A stretch of 64,000 nucleotides of DNA from an uncultured Desulfovibrionaceae bacterium (GCA_946528765.1 CAMMYV010000001.1:3133-67132), one strand, 5' to 3'; counted from the first letter of the stretch, positions 1 to 10,406 are shown. Made by a program: numbers and translations. The notes: a model not told the origin generated them from the sequence alone.

Positions 1-45
1 GCTCAAGGCGCTACGGGCTTTTTCAAACCTATATGAAACAAATTT

Positions 46-135
46 TGGCGGAAGGAAAGGGATTTGAACCCCTGGAGGGCTTGCACCCTCAACGGTTTTC
101 AAGACCGCCGCATTAAACCACTCTGCCATCCTTCC
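46..135 (-). tRNA. tRNA-Ser (anticodon TGA)
   Basis: Reverse complement reads GGAAGGA..GGCAGAGTGGTTTAATGC..CT-TGA-AA..long variable arm..GGTTCAAATCC..TCCTTCC-G-CCA; acceptor stem pairs, CCA encoded. Confidence 0.95.
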
Positions 136-170
136 GCATGAAAATTCGGCGCACCGCAGTCTCCTTCATC

Positions 171-452
171 TTATTTCGACTGCAGGCCTTCCTTGAGCTG
201 CTTGCCAGGCACAAATTTAACAACCATGGAAGCAGGCACGATAAATTCTTCCTTTGTACGGGGGTTGTGAACCTTCCTGGCCGCGCGCTCGGCAACCTTG
301 AAGGTTCCAAAGCCCGTCAGCACCACGGACTCTCCGCCAGCAAGGGTTTCCTGGAGCGAATCAACGCACGCGGCGAGGAGCTTCTCCGCTTGCAGCTTGC
401 TCTCAAGCCCAGCCTTAGCCTTAATCTTTTCCACGAGTTCTGCTTTCGTCAT
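171..452 (-). CDS. hup: HU family DNA-binding protein
   Basis: MTKAELVEKI..VVLTGFGTFKV..ARKVHNPRT..VKFVPGKQLKE; start moved to ATG 452. Confidence 0.9.
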   Translation of the reverse strand: MTKAELVEKIKAKAGLESKLQAEKLLAACVDSLQETLAGGESVVLTGFGTFKVAERAARKVHNPRTKEEFIVPASMVVKFVPGKQLKEGLQSK

Positions 453-619
453 AATAGTCGATCTGCACCCCCCTCCTTGCAAAGGGGAGTCACAGCCTCC
501 ATGTTAGGACTTATACCCGCCGCGCCCAGGCAGGGTATGTTGCTTGGCAACTTGGGCTGTCGTCCCTGAAGACGCCGTCTGAAGCCATACTGCAGGCGAC
601 TTCTCCAAGGTGTTTATGG

Positions 620-3600
620 CTATAGGGCAGGCTTCAAGGCCTTGTCAACAGACTTGGCGGCCGGCTTGGCGGACGCAGGGGCGGGCGCATCCAGCTGGAC
701 GACGCGGACCTCGCCCCGAGCTTCCTGAACCCTGCGTTTGAAGCTCTGCCGCCTCTCCTCGCCGTCGATGACGCCGGCTATGAATTCAGCCACATGCACG
801 ACGTGGTTTTTGCGCTTGAGGTTGATGAGGCAGCGGGCGATGCCGATCTTGCAGGAAGGGCAGGACACGAGGAAGACGCCGTCGTAGGAATCGCCCATGG
901 CTGCCTTGAGCCGCTTGATTTTGCGCTCGCGCAGGCGGTTGTAGATCTCGGGCGAGGTGATGGCTCCCATGCCGGACTCGCCGCAGCAGCCGGGGGACAG
1001 GACAAGCTCGGCGCCGCTGAAGGCCTTGACCGCCTTCATGAGCATCTGGTGGCCCTTGACGCGGTGCACGCCGGCCCAGGGGCAGTGGCAGGAGCCGTGG
1101 TAGAGAAGGCTGGTGCCGGCAGGCAGGGTCCTGCGCTCGTCCTCAGGAACGCGTTCCTCGAGACGGGGCAGGGCGAGCTGGACGGCATCGATGATCTCGA
1201 GATCCGGGAACTCCTCGCTGAGGCCGAAGCGCTCGAGGCTGTCGAGGCAGGTGGGGCAGCTGGTCACGATGCGCCTGCAGGCAAAGCCCTTCTGGACGAG
1301 GCTGCGGAGCATGGAAGCCAGGTACTGGCGGTCCCTTGCCTTGTTGTCCTCGTACTCGGTTTCCATGCCGGCTGCGAGGAGGGGATAGCCGCAGCAGAGA
1401 TGGCTGGGCGGCACGGCCACGGCATAGCCTGCCTTGAGCAGGAGCATGACCGTCGAGAGGCCGATGCGGTCGTAGAAGAGGGCGCCACCGCAGCCCGGGA
1501 AGTAGAGGACGGCTTCCATGCCCTCCTTGAAGCCGGCGGGGGCGAAGACGTTGCCGCGATGGACCTTGAGGGACTCGTAGAGGTTGGTGTAGCCCATGGC
1601 GGGGCCGGGTCCGGAGAAGGCCGGCGATTCCAGGCGCCTGCGCCAGGACTCGGGCACGAAATGCAGGAAGCGGTTCTGCATCTTCTGCCCAACGGAGGCC
1701 AGCTTGGCCAGCTTGGGAACGCGCTGGGACACGTCCTTGACAACCCAGTCAAGCACCTTTTCCTTGATCGGGTGGCCGCCGGCGTCCTCGTGGCCCAGCA
1801 TGGCGCGCAGGGTGAGGGCGACTTCGCCCGAAGGAATCTTCATGGGGCACTGGGACATGCAGCGTCCGCAGGCAGTGCAGTGCTCGACCTGGCGGCGCAG
1901 CTCGCGGAGTATCTCCTCGTCGATGCGCCCGTTGTTGATCTGGGCATAGTAGATGGCTTCGACGAGCATGCCGTAGGCCATATTCTTGTTGCGCGGATGG
2001 AACTGCAGGGAACGCTCGGGGCTGGCCATGGGGCAGACGGACTTGCACTTGCCGCAGCGCGTGCAGGTCTGCACGGAGGTCAGGATGCTGATGAGCTTGT
2101 CCTTGTCGGGAAGACCCGACTCGGAGATGTCCTGGATGAGGCGGTTGAAGGAGAAGGTGTAGGGGCGCACCGGCAGGTCGTGGGTGACGAGCTTGGCCGG
2201 ATTCATGACCTCGCGCGGATCCACGTGCTCCTTGAATTCCTTGAACTCGTCAATGCGCTTCTGACTGAGGAAGTGGATCTTGGTGATGCCGATGCCGTGC
2301 TCGCCGGAAACAACGCCGCCCATTTCCTGACACTTGGTCATGATGCGCTCGACGACTTCCTCGCAGTGGCGAAGCATGTCGGCGTCGTTGGAATTGACTG
2401 GAATGTTGACGTGGCAGTTGCCGTCGCCGGCGTGCATGTGGCTGGCCACAACGAGGCGGGAGGCCTCCATGCGGGCCTCTATCTTGTCGATCTTGCGGGA
2501 GAGCTTGGGGTACTTGGCGCGCAGCCGGACGAAGAAGTCACGGCAGCGCTGGAGCAGCTCGGTGTCGGACACGTCGGTGCACAGCACCCCGCCGAGGGCC
2601 GCCTTGGAGACGTAGGTGAACTCCTTGTTGAAGTCCTTGTCCTCCATGGGGAAGCCATAGAGGGAGCCTATCTCCTGCATGGCCCTGCGGTAGGAATGGG
2701 CCGTGCACTCGAGGTTCACCTGCTCGAGGAACTGGGCAAAGTCGGGAATGCGCGTGATGGGGATGACGACGTCCTCGTTGATCTTGAAGCCCGAGGTGCG
2801 TCTGGCGATGAGGGAGAGGCGGTGGCGATCCTCCCAGAAGCGCTCGGCCTCGGCCTCGTCCCTGGCCACGGCGATGTCGACGAATTCCTGCCTGTCGACC
2901 ACGTCCACGATGTCGTTGACGCACTTGTCGAGCAGGTAGGGATCGTCGCCGTCCACCTGGACGATGATGACCGAGATGGGCTGGCCCTCGTACTGGGTGC
3001 TCTTGGTCTGGTAGTCGATGGCCTGGACGTACTTGGCGTTGAACTCCTCGAGTGCGGAAATGCGGGCGTAGTCGCCCTCCTCGCGTATCCTGTTGCGCAG
3101 GGCCACGAGTTCGCGAACCACGACGGCCGCAGGGCGCATGCTGCGGCCGAAGAACTCCAGTGCCATGACGCGGCTGAACTTGGGCTTGGGATGGATGGTG
3201 AAGCAGACCTCGGTGATGATGCCGTCGGTGCCCTCTTTCTGCACGCCGGGCAAGCCCCCGAGAGCCTTGTTGGTGACGTCCTTGCCAAGCCCGGGCAGGC
3301 GGATCTCGTTGCCCTTGAGGTGGATTATGCTTCTGACGCCTCCGCTGATGTCCTTGACGGCGAAGACGGCGGTCTCGTCGGGGAGGATCTTGTGGCGCGG
3401 ATGCTTCTCGCGCTCAATGGAAATGATCTCGCCCGTGGGCGTCACCATGCGCCACCAGAGCAGGTTGTCGATGGTGGTGCCGTACTCGAAGGCCATGGGG
3501 CCGCCGGCATTCTCGGAAACGTTGCCGCCGATGGAGGAGGCCTGCTTGGAGGCGGGATCGACCGAGAAGAGGGCGCCTGCCTTGGCGACGGCCTGGATGA

Positions 3601-4246
3601 CGTTGTTGGTGATGCAGCCAGCCTGGCAGACAACGGTCATGTTCTCGAGGTCGATGCTCTTGATGAAGGACATGCGGGTCATGCTGACGATGACCGTCCG
3701 CTTGCGGGCGGGCACGGCGCCGCCGGTCATGCCGGAGCCGCCGCCGCGGGGGATGAGCGCGAACTTGAGGTCGTTGGCGAGCCTGACGAGAGCGGCCACC
3801 TGCTCTGCGGTGTCGGGCTCGACCACGGCCAAGGGCAGCTCCATGCGCAGGTCCGTGGCGTCGGTCTCGGCGGCCACGAGCGAAGCAGGATCGGAAAGAA
3901 TGCCCTCGAGGGGTAGGATCTTGCGCAGCTCTTCGATAAGGTGGCTGCGGAACTCGAGCTCGGCTTCGTGGGCCGACCAGAACATCGTGATGCCTTCGCT
4001 TATCACGGTGGCATAGTAGTGGGCCAGGGAAATGGATTCGCGCTCGTAGCGCTCCTGCACGCTTGAGCGCACCGTGTCCGCATTGACAAAGGGATTGTAG
4101 GCCGCAAGGAAAAGCTCCTCGGCAATGGAGATGGCAAGCTGCCTCACGGATTCGGGCCAGCCCTCGAAGTCGTCGATGTTGATGCGCAGGATGCGGTTGA
4201 CGACGAAGTCAGGCGATATGGAAATGTGGGGGCCCTTCTGCGGCAT
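620..4246 (-). CDS. FAD-linked oxidase / 4Fe-4S / CCG-domain oxidoreductase (GlcD-GlcF / D-lactate dehydrogenase-like fusion)
   Basis: PRGGGSG FAD motif, HAGDGNCH, GEHGIG, CTRCGKC and CTACGRC ferredoxin motifs, two CCG motifs. Confidence 0.85.
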   Translation of the reverse strand: MPQKGPHISISPDFVVNRILRINIDDFEGWPESVRQLAISIAEELFLAAYNPFVNADTVRSSVQERYERESISLAHYYATVISEGITMFWSAHEAELEFRSHLIEELRKILPLEGILSDPASLVAAETDATDLRMELPLAVVEPDTAEQVAALVRLANDLKFALIPRGGGSGMTGGAVPARKRTVIVSMTRMSFIKSIDLENMTVVCQAGCITNNVIQAVAKAGALFSVDPASKQASSIGGNVSENAGGPMAFEYGTTIDNLLWWRMVTPTGEIISIEREKHPRHKILPDETAVFAVKDISGGVRSIIHLKGNEIRLPGLGKDVTNKALGGLPGVQKEGTDGIITEVCFTIHPKPKFSRVMALEFFGRSMRPAAVVVRELVALRNRIREEGDYARISALEEFNAKYVQAIDYQTKSTQYEGQPISVIIVQVDGDDPYLLDKCVNDIVDVVDRQEFVDIAVARDEAEAERFWEDRHRLSLIARRTSGFKINEDVVIPITRIPDFAQFLEQVNLECTAHSYRRAMQEIGSLYGFPMEDKDFNKEFTYVSKAALGGVLCTDVSDTELLQRCRDFFVRLRAKYPKLSRKIDKIEARMEASRLVVASHMHAGDGNCHVNIPVNSNDADMLRHCEEVVERIMTKCQEMGGVVSGEHGIGITKIHFLSQKRIDEFKEFKEHVDPREVMNPAKLVTHDLPVRPYTFSFNRLIQDISESGLPDKDKLISILTSVQTCTRCGKCKSVCPMASPERSLQFHPRNKNMAYGMLVEAIYYAQINNGRIDEEILRELRRQVEHCTACGRCMSQCPMKIPSGEVALTLRAMLGHEDAGGHPIKEKVLDWVVKDVSQRVPKLAKLASVGQKMQNRFLHFVPESWRRRLESPAFSGPGPAMGYTNLYESLKVHRGNVFAPAGFKEGMEAVLYFPGCGGALFYDRIGLSTVMLLLKAGYAVAVPPSHLCCGYPLLAAGMETEYEDNKARDRQYLASMLRSLVQKGFACRRIVTSCPTCLDSLERFGLSEEFPDLEIIDAVQLALPRLEERVPEDERRTLPAGTSLLYHGSCHCPWAGVHRVKGHQMLMKAVKAFSGAELVLSPGCCGESGMGAITSPEIYNRLRERKIKRLKAAMGDSYDGVFLVSCPSCKIGIARCLINLKRKNHVVHVAEFIAGVIDGEERRQSFKRRVQEARGEVRVVQLDAPAPASAKPAAKSVDKALKPAL

Positions 4247-4382
4247 GGAACAACCCTCCCCTCGAAAGCGAGGCTGACTAGAGATTTTTTAAAAAAAGAA
4301 CCATACGTCCAAGCGCCACGCATGGCAAGATCCATTTCTGCCCGCATTTTCACGCGAATACACCAAAGGAAGCACCCAGCCC

Positions 4383-5264
4383 ATGACTGCCACCATCCTT
4401 TCCCTGGCCGCACGGCTCTTCGACGCCATAGAAGGCCTTTGCGGCAGCAACGCCTCGCAGAAGCGCATCGCCAAATTCTTCCTGTGGACCTACCTGCTGG
4501 CGCTGGCGGCCATTGAATGCCGGATGCGGGGGCTGCTTCCGGAAAGCCTGGCGCGACTCACGCCCGCAAACCACTTCGCGGCCATACAGCTTGCCTTCAC
4601 GCTCATCCTGGCCATGGAGATCCTGGAGCTTATCCTGACCATACCGAACTCCTTCACGCAGGCCATGGGCAAGCAGCTCGAGATTCTGGCGCTCATCCAC
4701 CTGCGCAACGCCTTCAAGGAGCTGGCCCGCCTGCCGGATCCCATCAGCGGTCCAGGCGACTTCGCCTACATCTGCGGAACAACGGCCGCGGGACTGTGCA
4801 TCTTCGTTGCCCTCGGCATCTACTGCCGCATGGCAGACCGGCAGAAGTACGAGTCGATCTGCGAGCGGCTGCCCCGCTACATTGCCTGCAAGAAGCTGCT
4901 GGCGCTCCTGCTGCTCGTCTTCTTCGCCATGGCGGCCGGCAGGGAGCTTTGGGAGGACGTGGGGGGACGGCGCGACATGCACTTCTTCGAGACCATCTAC
5001 ACGGCGCTCATCTTTTCCGACATCACGGTCGTCCTCCTGGCCCAGCAGTTCATGCCCTCCTTCCACGCCGTCTTCCGCAACTCCGGCTTTGTCATGGGGA
5101 CGCTCCTCATGCGCCTCTCCTTCTCGACGGAGCACCCCTGGGACATTGCCGTAAGCCTCTTCGCCACTGCCTACGTCCTTGCCTTGACCTTCGCCGTCAG
5201 ACGCTTCCCGCCAAGCCTCGTACACAATGTCTCTGCAGACGAGGACGACAAGCGGGGGCCGTAG
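4383..5264 (+). CDS. Multi-pass membrane protein of unknown function
   Basis: 293 aa, several hydrophobic segments, genome-typical codon usage. Confidence 0.7.
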   Translation: MTATILSLAARLFDAIEGLCGSNASQKRIAKFFLWTYLLALAAIECRMRGLLPESLARLTPANHFAAIQLAFTLILAMEILELILTIPNSFTQAMGKQLEILALIHLRNAFKELARLPDPISGPGDFAYICGTTAAGLCIFVALGIYCRMADRQKYESICERLPRYIACKKLLALLLLVFFAMAAGRELWEDVGGRRDMHFFETIYTALIFSDITVVLLAQQFMPSFHAVFRNSGFVMGTLLMRLSFSTEHPWDIAVSLFATAYVLALTFAVRRFPPSLVHNVSADEDDKRGP

Positions 5265-5487
5265 ACGCAGCGCTGTCTGCAGTGCAGGCAAAAAATTTGT
5301 ACCTAAGCTTCGACGAAGAAGATATTGCTTGGCAATAATTTCCCAAATCTTTCGCTTTCACGCTGTTTTCCGGCAGTTAGACCGCTAGTGCACGGGTTTT
5401 CCAGCGCTCGGCCCGTTGACAGGCGCTTCAGCCCTCTGCTATCCACCAACGCATTCACCTATTCGGCTTCACGCGGGGGGGCTCACC

Positions 5488-5856
5488 ATGGAAGGACAAG
5501 ACAGAAATCTGGCTGAGATATGCCTGAAGGTTGACGGCAGCGAAGACTTTGTTTTCAAGGGACGGATTTTTTCTGAATGCTCCTGGTACGACGAGGAGTT
5601 TGGGATTCAAACCCGCCAGAAACTCTACGTTACGGACACGAGCGACCAGATCTACTATATTGTCCGCTCTGGTGCCGAAAAGTCCCGCAAGGCCTACCGC
5701 CTCTCCTGCGACAACGGCATCTACACCATCTGGAACGGCTCGTTCCAGATCAGCCTGACCCCCGAGATGCTCAAGATCGCGCTGCGCAGCCTCTGCGGCT
5801 TCAAGGAAGAAGTCGAGCCTGCCGTTGAGGAGATGCTCGGCGCAGTCAACGCCTAG
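5488..5856 (+). CDS. Hypothetical protein
   Basis: ATG 5488 after a G-rich RBS (MEGQDRNL..), protein-like composition, followed by a hairpin. Confidence 0.7.
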   Translation: MEGQDRNLAEICLKVDGSEDFVFKGRIFSECSWYDEEFGIQTRQKLYVTDTSDQIYYIVRSGAEKSRKAYRLSCDNGIYTIWNGSFQISLTPEMLKIALRSLCGFKEEVEPAVEEMLGAVNA

Positions 5857-5879
5857 GCGCCCAGCACACGCAAATTTCC

Positions 5880-5912
5880 AAGGCGCTTTCGGCCCATGCC
5901 GGAGGCGCCTTT
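5880..5912. terminator. Hairpin terminator between convergent genes
   Basis: AAGGCGCTTTCGGC-ccat-GCCGGAGGCGCCTT followed by TTCT. Confidence 0.6.
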
Positions 5913-5938
5913 CTCATTTGCCTTGTCATTTGCCTTTG

Positions 5939-6520
5939 TCACTTGCCGGCATCCGAAGCGCCTGGGCCGTCTTGAGCGGCGGAGCGTTCTTCGCCGTTCT
6001 GGCCCTGCTGCCCGTTCCGGCCGGCAAAGGCGCGGTAGCAGCGCGCCACCGGCGAATCGGGATCCATCTCCGCAAGCCATCTGCCTGAAGGCCGTTCCAC
6101 GGGTTCCGGCGCAGGCCGGGCCGGCTCGCCGTCTGCCTCCAGGGGCCTGTCGAGCCCCTTCCTGCCCTGGAGCGCCATGATCTGGCACTCTTTGAACCAG
6201 GGCTTTTCAAAGAAGGCGTTGGCCCGCGCCACCATCTCCTCGCGCAGGAAGCCGAGTTCTGTCATGGCCATGCCGTCCTCGGCGCCGACGAGCAGACGCC
6301 TGTCCCTGTGCCCGAGGGGCACGGCCATGAGGGCGATGTCGCTTCCCATGACGAGCTTCCAGTTGCGCCACAGTTCGCAGAACTCCCGGCGCATGGCATC
6401 GCCGCCGGCCAGCGCGTCCAGCAGGCGCGCCAGGCCGCTGCCCGCACGCTCGACGGTCAGGCAGCGCTTCTTCAAGCGCGCCCTGAGCTCTGCGTTTGCC
6501 TCTTCCTGCGTCTGCGCCAT
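5939..6520 (-). CDS. DUF721 / DciA-family protein
   Basis: LWRNWKLVMGSDIALMAVPLGHRDRRLLVGAED..ELGFLREEMVARAN fits the DciA core pattern. Confidence 0.7.
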   Translation of the reverse strand: MAQTQEEANAELRARLKKRCLTVERAGSGLARLLDALAGGDAMRREFCELWRNWKLVMGSDIALMAVPLGHRDRRLLVGAEDGMAMTELGFLREEMVARANAFFEKPWFKECQIMALQGRKGLDRPLEADGEPARPAPEPVERPSGRWLAEMDPDSPVARCYRAFAGRNGQQGQNGEERSAAQDGPGASDAGK

Positions 6521-6639
6521 GCCGTTGCCTCCGATGAGGGAGCCTATCCTCAAGGCGCCCCTTCCGTCCACTTCTGCGTCTCCTTCAGCAGGAAGGGCAG
6601 GGGGGCGCTTCCGTTAACTTGCCGTTTTTCCCTCAAGTA

Positions 6640-6668
6640 TTGACTTTATAAAAATATCCGAATATACT
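6640..6668 (+). promoter_or_regulatory. sigma70 promoter of sahR-ahcY
   Basis: TTGACT (6640-6645), 17-bp spacer, TATACT (6663-6668). Confidence 0.8.
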
Positions 6669-6670
6669 GT

Positions 6671-6686
6671 ATCAATCTATTCTGAT
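6671..6686. promoter_or_regulatory. Candidate SahR operator
   Basis: ATCA-ATCTATTC-TGAT inverted repeat over the expected transcription start of the sahR operon. Confidence 0.55.
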
Positions 6687-6711
6687 GAATAGCTTCCCTA
6701 GGAGGCATCCC

Positions 6712-7650
6712 TTGACCGTCACCCTCTTCAAAGCCCTCGCCGACGGAACGCGAATCCGCCTGCTCCGGCTCCTCATCAAGCACGAACTGTCCGTCAACGA
6801 GCTGGTGAAGGTGCTCAAGATGGGCCAGTCCCGCATCTCGCGGCATCTGCGCGTGCTCTCCGATGCGGGGCTGCTGACCAGCCGCCGCGACGGCCTGTGG
6901 GTCTTCTACCATGCCGATGCCGACGGAGCGCAGAAGGGCTTCCTCAAGGCTGTTGCCCCCTATCTCGAGGACATCCCCGAAGGTCCGGAGGACACGGTGC
7001 ACTGCAACCGCCTGCTGGAGGAGAAGAACGCCAAGACCAGGCAGTTCTTCAACAGCGTGGCTGAAGACTGGGACAACCTCAGCAAAGAGGTGCTCGAAGG
7101 CTTCGACCTGCCGCAGACCGTCTGCGACGTCATGCCTGAACACTGCCGGCTTGCCGTGGATCTCGGCTGCGGCACGGGCACTGTGCTGGTGCGCATGCTC
7201 GCCCGGGCAGAAGGCGTCGTGGGCGTCGACGGCTCCCAGCCCATGCTCGACATCTGCCGCAGGCGCTTTGCGGACATTCCCGGTGCAGAGCAGAAGATCT
7301 CCCTGCGCCTCGGCGCCCTCGACCATCTGCCCCTGCGCGACCAGGAGGCGGACTTCGCCTCCATCAACCTAGTGCTCCACCATCTGGAGGAGCTTGCTCC
7401 GGCCCTTGCCGAGGCAAGGCGCATCCTCAACAGCCAGGGCAGGCTCTTCGTCTCGGACTTTCTGCGCCACGACGACGAGACCATGCGCACCCGCTTCGGC
7501 GACCGCTGGCTCGGCTTCGAAGAAAGCAAGCTGGCCATTTTCCTGCGCGAAGCGGGCTTCAACCGCACGCACATCCGCAAGCAGAAGGTCGGCCGCGGCC
7601 TCACGCTGCTGCTGGTCACCTCCTACGTGGATCCAGGCTCCCGCAGCTAG
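6712..7650 (+). CDS. sahR: SahR: ArsR-family regulator with C-terminal methyltransferase-like domain
   Basis: FKALADGTRIRLL..SRISRHLRVL HTH plus VDLGCGTG SAM motif; directly upstream of ahcY; TTG start after AGGAGG. Confidence 0.85.
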   Translation: MTVTLFKALADGTRIRLLRLLIKHELSVNELVKVLKMGQSRISRHLRVLSDAGLLTSRRDGLWVFYHADADGAQKGFLKAVAPYLEDIPEGPEDTVHCNRLLEEKNAKTRQFFNSVAEDWDNLSKEVLEGFDLPQTVCDVMPEHCRLAVDLGCGTGTVLVRMLARAEGVVGVDGSQPMLDICRRRFADIPGAEQKISLRLGALDHLPLRDQEADFASINLVLHHLEELAPALAEARRILNSQGRLFVSDFLRHDDETMRTRFGDRWLGFEESKLAIFLREAGFNRTHIRKQKVGRGLTLLLVTSYVDPGSRS

Positions 7651-7708
7651 CACCACTTTTCCCCCAACAATCTCTTCCCTCTAACACGCACTCGCAAGGA
7701 ATCGCATA

Positions 7709-9133
7709 ATGGTAAAAGATCTTGATCTGTCGCTGGACTATCTGGTGAAGGACATTGAACAGGCCGAGTTCGGACGCAAGGAAATGCAGCTCTCCGAACG
7801 CGAAATGCCGGGCCTTATGGAATGCATCAAGAAATACGGTCCGCAAAAGCCCCTCAAGGGCGTGCGCATCACGGGCTCCCTGCACATGACCATCCAGACG
7901 GCCATGCTCATCAAGACCCTCTACGAACTCGGCGCCGACATACGCTGGGCCTCGTGCAACATCTTCTCCACCCAGGACCACGCGGCCGCGGCCATTGCCG
8001 CCGACGGCCTCGCCAAGGTCTTCGCCTGGAAGGGCGAATCTCTGGAAGACTACTGGTGGTGCACCGAAATGGCGCAGACCTGGCCCGACGGCAAGGGACC
8101 GGACCTCATCGTCGACGACGGCGGCGACGCGACCCTGCTCATCCACAAGGGCTACGCCTGCGAGGAGGATCCCTCCCTCTTCGACAAGCCTGCCTCCTGC
8201 GAGGAGGAGGCCGTCATCATGGCCCGCCTCAAGGCCCGCTACGAGAAGGATCCCCGTCACTGGCACGAAGTCGCAGCCCATGTGAAGGGCGTCTCCGAAG
8301 AGACCACTACCGGCGTGCACCGCCTCTACCAGCTCGCCGCCCAGGGCAAGCTCCTCTTCCCGGCCATCAACGTCAACGACTCGGTCACCAAGTCCAAGTT
8401 CGACAACCTCTACGGCTGCCGCGAGTCCCTGGCCGACGGCATCAAGCGCGCCACGGACATCATGATTGCCGGCAAGGTCGTCATGGTGTGCGGCTACGGC
8501 GACGTGGGCAAGGGCTGCGCCCAGTCCATGCGCGGCTTCGGCGCCCGCGTGCTGGTCTCCGAAATCGATCCCATCTGCGCTCTGCAGGCCGCCATGGAGG
8601 GCTTCGAAGTCTGCACCGTGGAAGACGCCCTGCCCATCGCCGACATCTACGTCACCTGCACCGGCAACGTGCACGTCATCACCGGCAAGCACATGGAGCA
8701 GATGAAGGACGAAGCCATCGTCTGCAACATCGGCCACTTCGACAGCGAAATCGAAATGTCCTACCTCACCTCCACCAAGGGCTGCGTGAAGACCAACATC
8801 AAGCCCCAGGTGGACAAGTGGAAGCTGCTCTCCGGCCGCTCCATCATCGTGCTCGCCGAAGGCCGCCTCGTGAACCTGGGCTGCGCCACCGGCCACGCCA
8901 GCTTCGTCATGTCCAACAGCTTCACCAACCAGACGCTGGCCCAGCTGCGCCTCTGGCAGGACAAGACCCTCGAGAAGAAGGTCTACACCCTACCCAAGGA
9001 TCTCGACGAGGAAGTGGCCCGCCTGCACCTCGGCCGCATCGGCGCGAAGCTCACCAGGCTCAGCCAGGAACAGGCCGACTACCTCGGCATCAAGGTTGAA
9101 GGCCCCTACAAGCCCGACAACTACCGCTACTAG
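7709..9133 (+). CDS. ahcY: Adenosylhomocysteinase
   Basis: [52 protein letters not shown]. Confidence 0.97.
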   Translation: MVKDLDLSLDYLVKDIEQAEFGRKEMQLSEREMPGLMECIKKYGPQKPLKGVRITGSLHMTIQTAMLIKTLYELGADIRWASCNIFSTQDHAAAAIAADGLAKVFAWKGESLEDYWWCTEMAQTWPDGKGPDLIVDDGGDATLLIHKGYACEEDPSLFDKPASCEEEAVIMARLKARYEKDPRHWHEVAAHVKGVSEETTTGVHRLYQLAAQGKLLFPAINVNDSVTKSKFDNLYGCRESLADGIKRATDIMIAGKVVMVCGYGDVGKGCAQSMRGFGARVLVSEIDPICALQAAMEGFEVCTVEDALPIADIYVTCTGNVHVITGKHMEQMKDEAIVCNIGHFDSEIEMSYLTSTKGCVKTNIKPQVDKWKLLSGRSIIVLAEGRLVNLGCATGHASFVMSNSFTNQTLAQLRLWQDKTLEKKVYTLPKDLDEEVARLHLGRIGAKLTRLSQEQADYLGIKVEGPYKPDNYRY

Positions 9134-9162
9134 CAGACTGCGGGCACAAGCGCGCATCTTTC

Positions 9163-9200
9163 AGGGCGTGCGCCGGAGGACTTCCGGCGTGCGCCCTTTT
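9163..9200 (+). terminator. Rho-independent terminator after ahcY
   Basis: AGGGCGTGCGCCGGA / TCCGGCGTGCGCCCT stem (two G:U pairs) followed by T run. Confidence 0.8.
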
Positions 9201-9228
9201 GCCGCCCTTTTGCCAGGGAAGCGTCCGA

Positions 9229-9777
9229 TCAAAACCGAGGACCGCAGTCTTCACCGTCTTGAGAGAAAGGCATTTCGCTGTCTACTGAACGAAAGATGTC
9301 GTCTTCTGATGGTCCTTCTTCCTGTCGAGAACCCGTCCAAGACTGCTCAGCCAGCACAGCATTGCTGTCTATGTTTCTCGTGGCATCGATCGCTCTGACC
9401 TCGTCATAAAGCTTTTCAGCAACGCCAAGGGCATTTCTAACCTCAGTATAGCTGCTGCGCAGCAAATCTTCGTACCTCGAACGAGCTTCCCATTCGGTAA
9501 CAGTCCCAGCCAAAATTTGAAGTTCAACATGATTTTCAACAAAATTAGGATCAAATTCATTTAATTAATCGAGTAATCTTGAAATATTATGAATTTTAAA
9601 TGCCATCGTCATATCATCCACACCGTAAACATCATGAAGAAGATATTTTAGACTTTTCTCAATCGCTTATTGAACAAGATACAAAGCAACATCAATACAG
9701 TCTGATTTTTCTTCTGTTTCAACTGATAATATCCTATAAACAGAATCTAGATCACCTTTTACTCTATGAATTTTCAT
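9229..9777 (-). pseudogene. HEPN-domain toxin pseudogene (two in-frame TAA stops)
   Basis: Manual translation from ATG 9777: MKIHRVKGDL..ALYLVQ*AIEKSLKYLL..KIHNISRLLD*LNEF..WEARSRY; stops at 9667-9669 and 9565-9567. Confidence 0.8.
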
Positions 9778-10095
9778 ACACAACAACTCCATTTTTTAAA
9801 ATTTCATTCTTCAGTTTACCTCCAATTCGTTGAAAGTTAAATATATCAACAACATCATCCATAACCCTATCTAAACCACCATGTATTCTAAAATATGCAT
9901 TGTTATCTGTTATATAATCAGACACTAGACAGACATCTATATCACTTTCTTCAGTACAGTCGTCAGTAACTGAGCTACCAAATATAATCATTTTATCTAT
10001 GATATTTTCATTCTTGTTCCACTTTTCAACTAAGTCGATTCCCTTTTCTACCTTAGCCCTCTTACTGGGTTGATCTTCTCAAGATTCATTCTCAT
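9764..10095 (-). pseudogene. Minimal nucleotidyltransferase (MNT) antitoxin, frameshifted near the N-terminus
   Basis: AGGAG RBS + ATG 10095 gives MRMNLEKINPV, then the KRAKVEKGIDL..IIFGSS..ESDIDVCL..VDIF frame is reached only by a 1-nt shift near 10063. Confidence 0.75.
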
Positions 10096-10271
10096 GACGG
10101 AATCTCCTGCCTAGCGAGATGCAGGAAGCCAGCCACAGACCTACGAGCCACCCCCTGCTACTGAGGAAAGCGTTGATAAAAGGCATCTTCCAACGACACA
10201 ACCGAACTACGCCATTGAATTATCTACGGTCAGTTGTTCCGATGCCGAATACACCAGCATATCTCTACTGG

Positions 10272-10300
10272 AATATAGCCAAACATGCTCCTCTCGTCAA
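10272..10300 (-). promoter_or_regulatory. sigma70 promoter of the MNT-HEPN module
   Basis: Minus strand TTGACG, 17-bp spacer, TATATT. Confidence 0.65.
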
Positions 10301-10406
10301 GAACCACTGATTGCCTTCATTTTCATCGCTGGCGGCCCATCCAACTTTGGGGTATGCTCATCCTTCCCCATCTGCCCGCAAGGGCCTTCTTCCACAAGGA
10401 ACACGC

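Noticed and set aside
1-45. Possible attachment site or island boundary at the tRNA-Ser 3' end
   Set aside because: Only 45 bp visible; looks like half a terminator; no integrase or duplicated tRNA end in the window
9565-9669. Stop-codon reassignment or readthrough to explain the two in-frame TAA codons in HEPN
   Set aside because: TAA ends many normal genes in this window, and the neighbouring MNT is also frameshifted; decay is simpler
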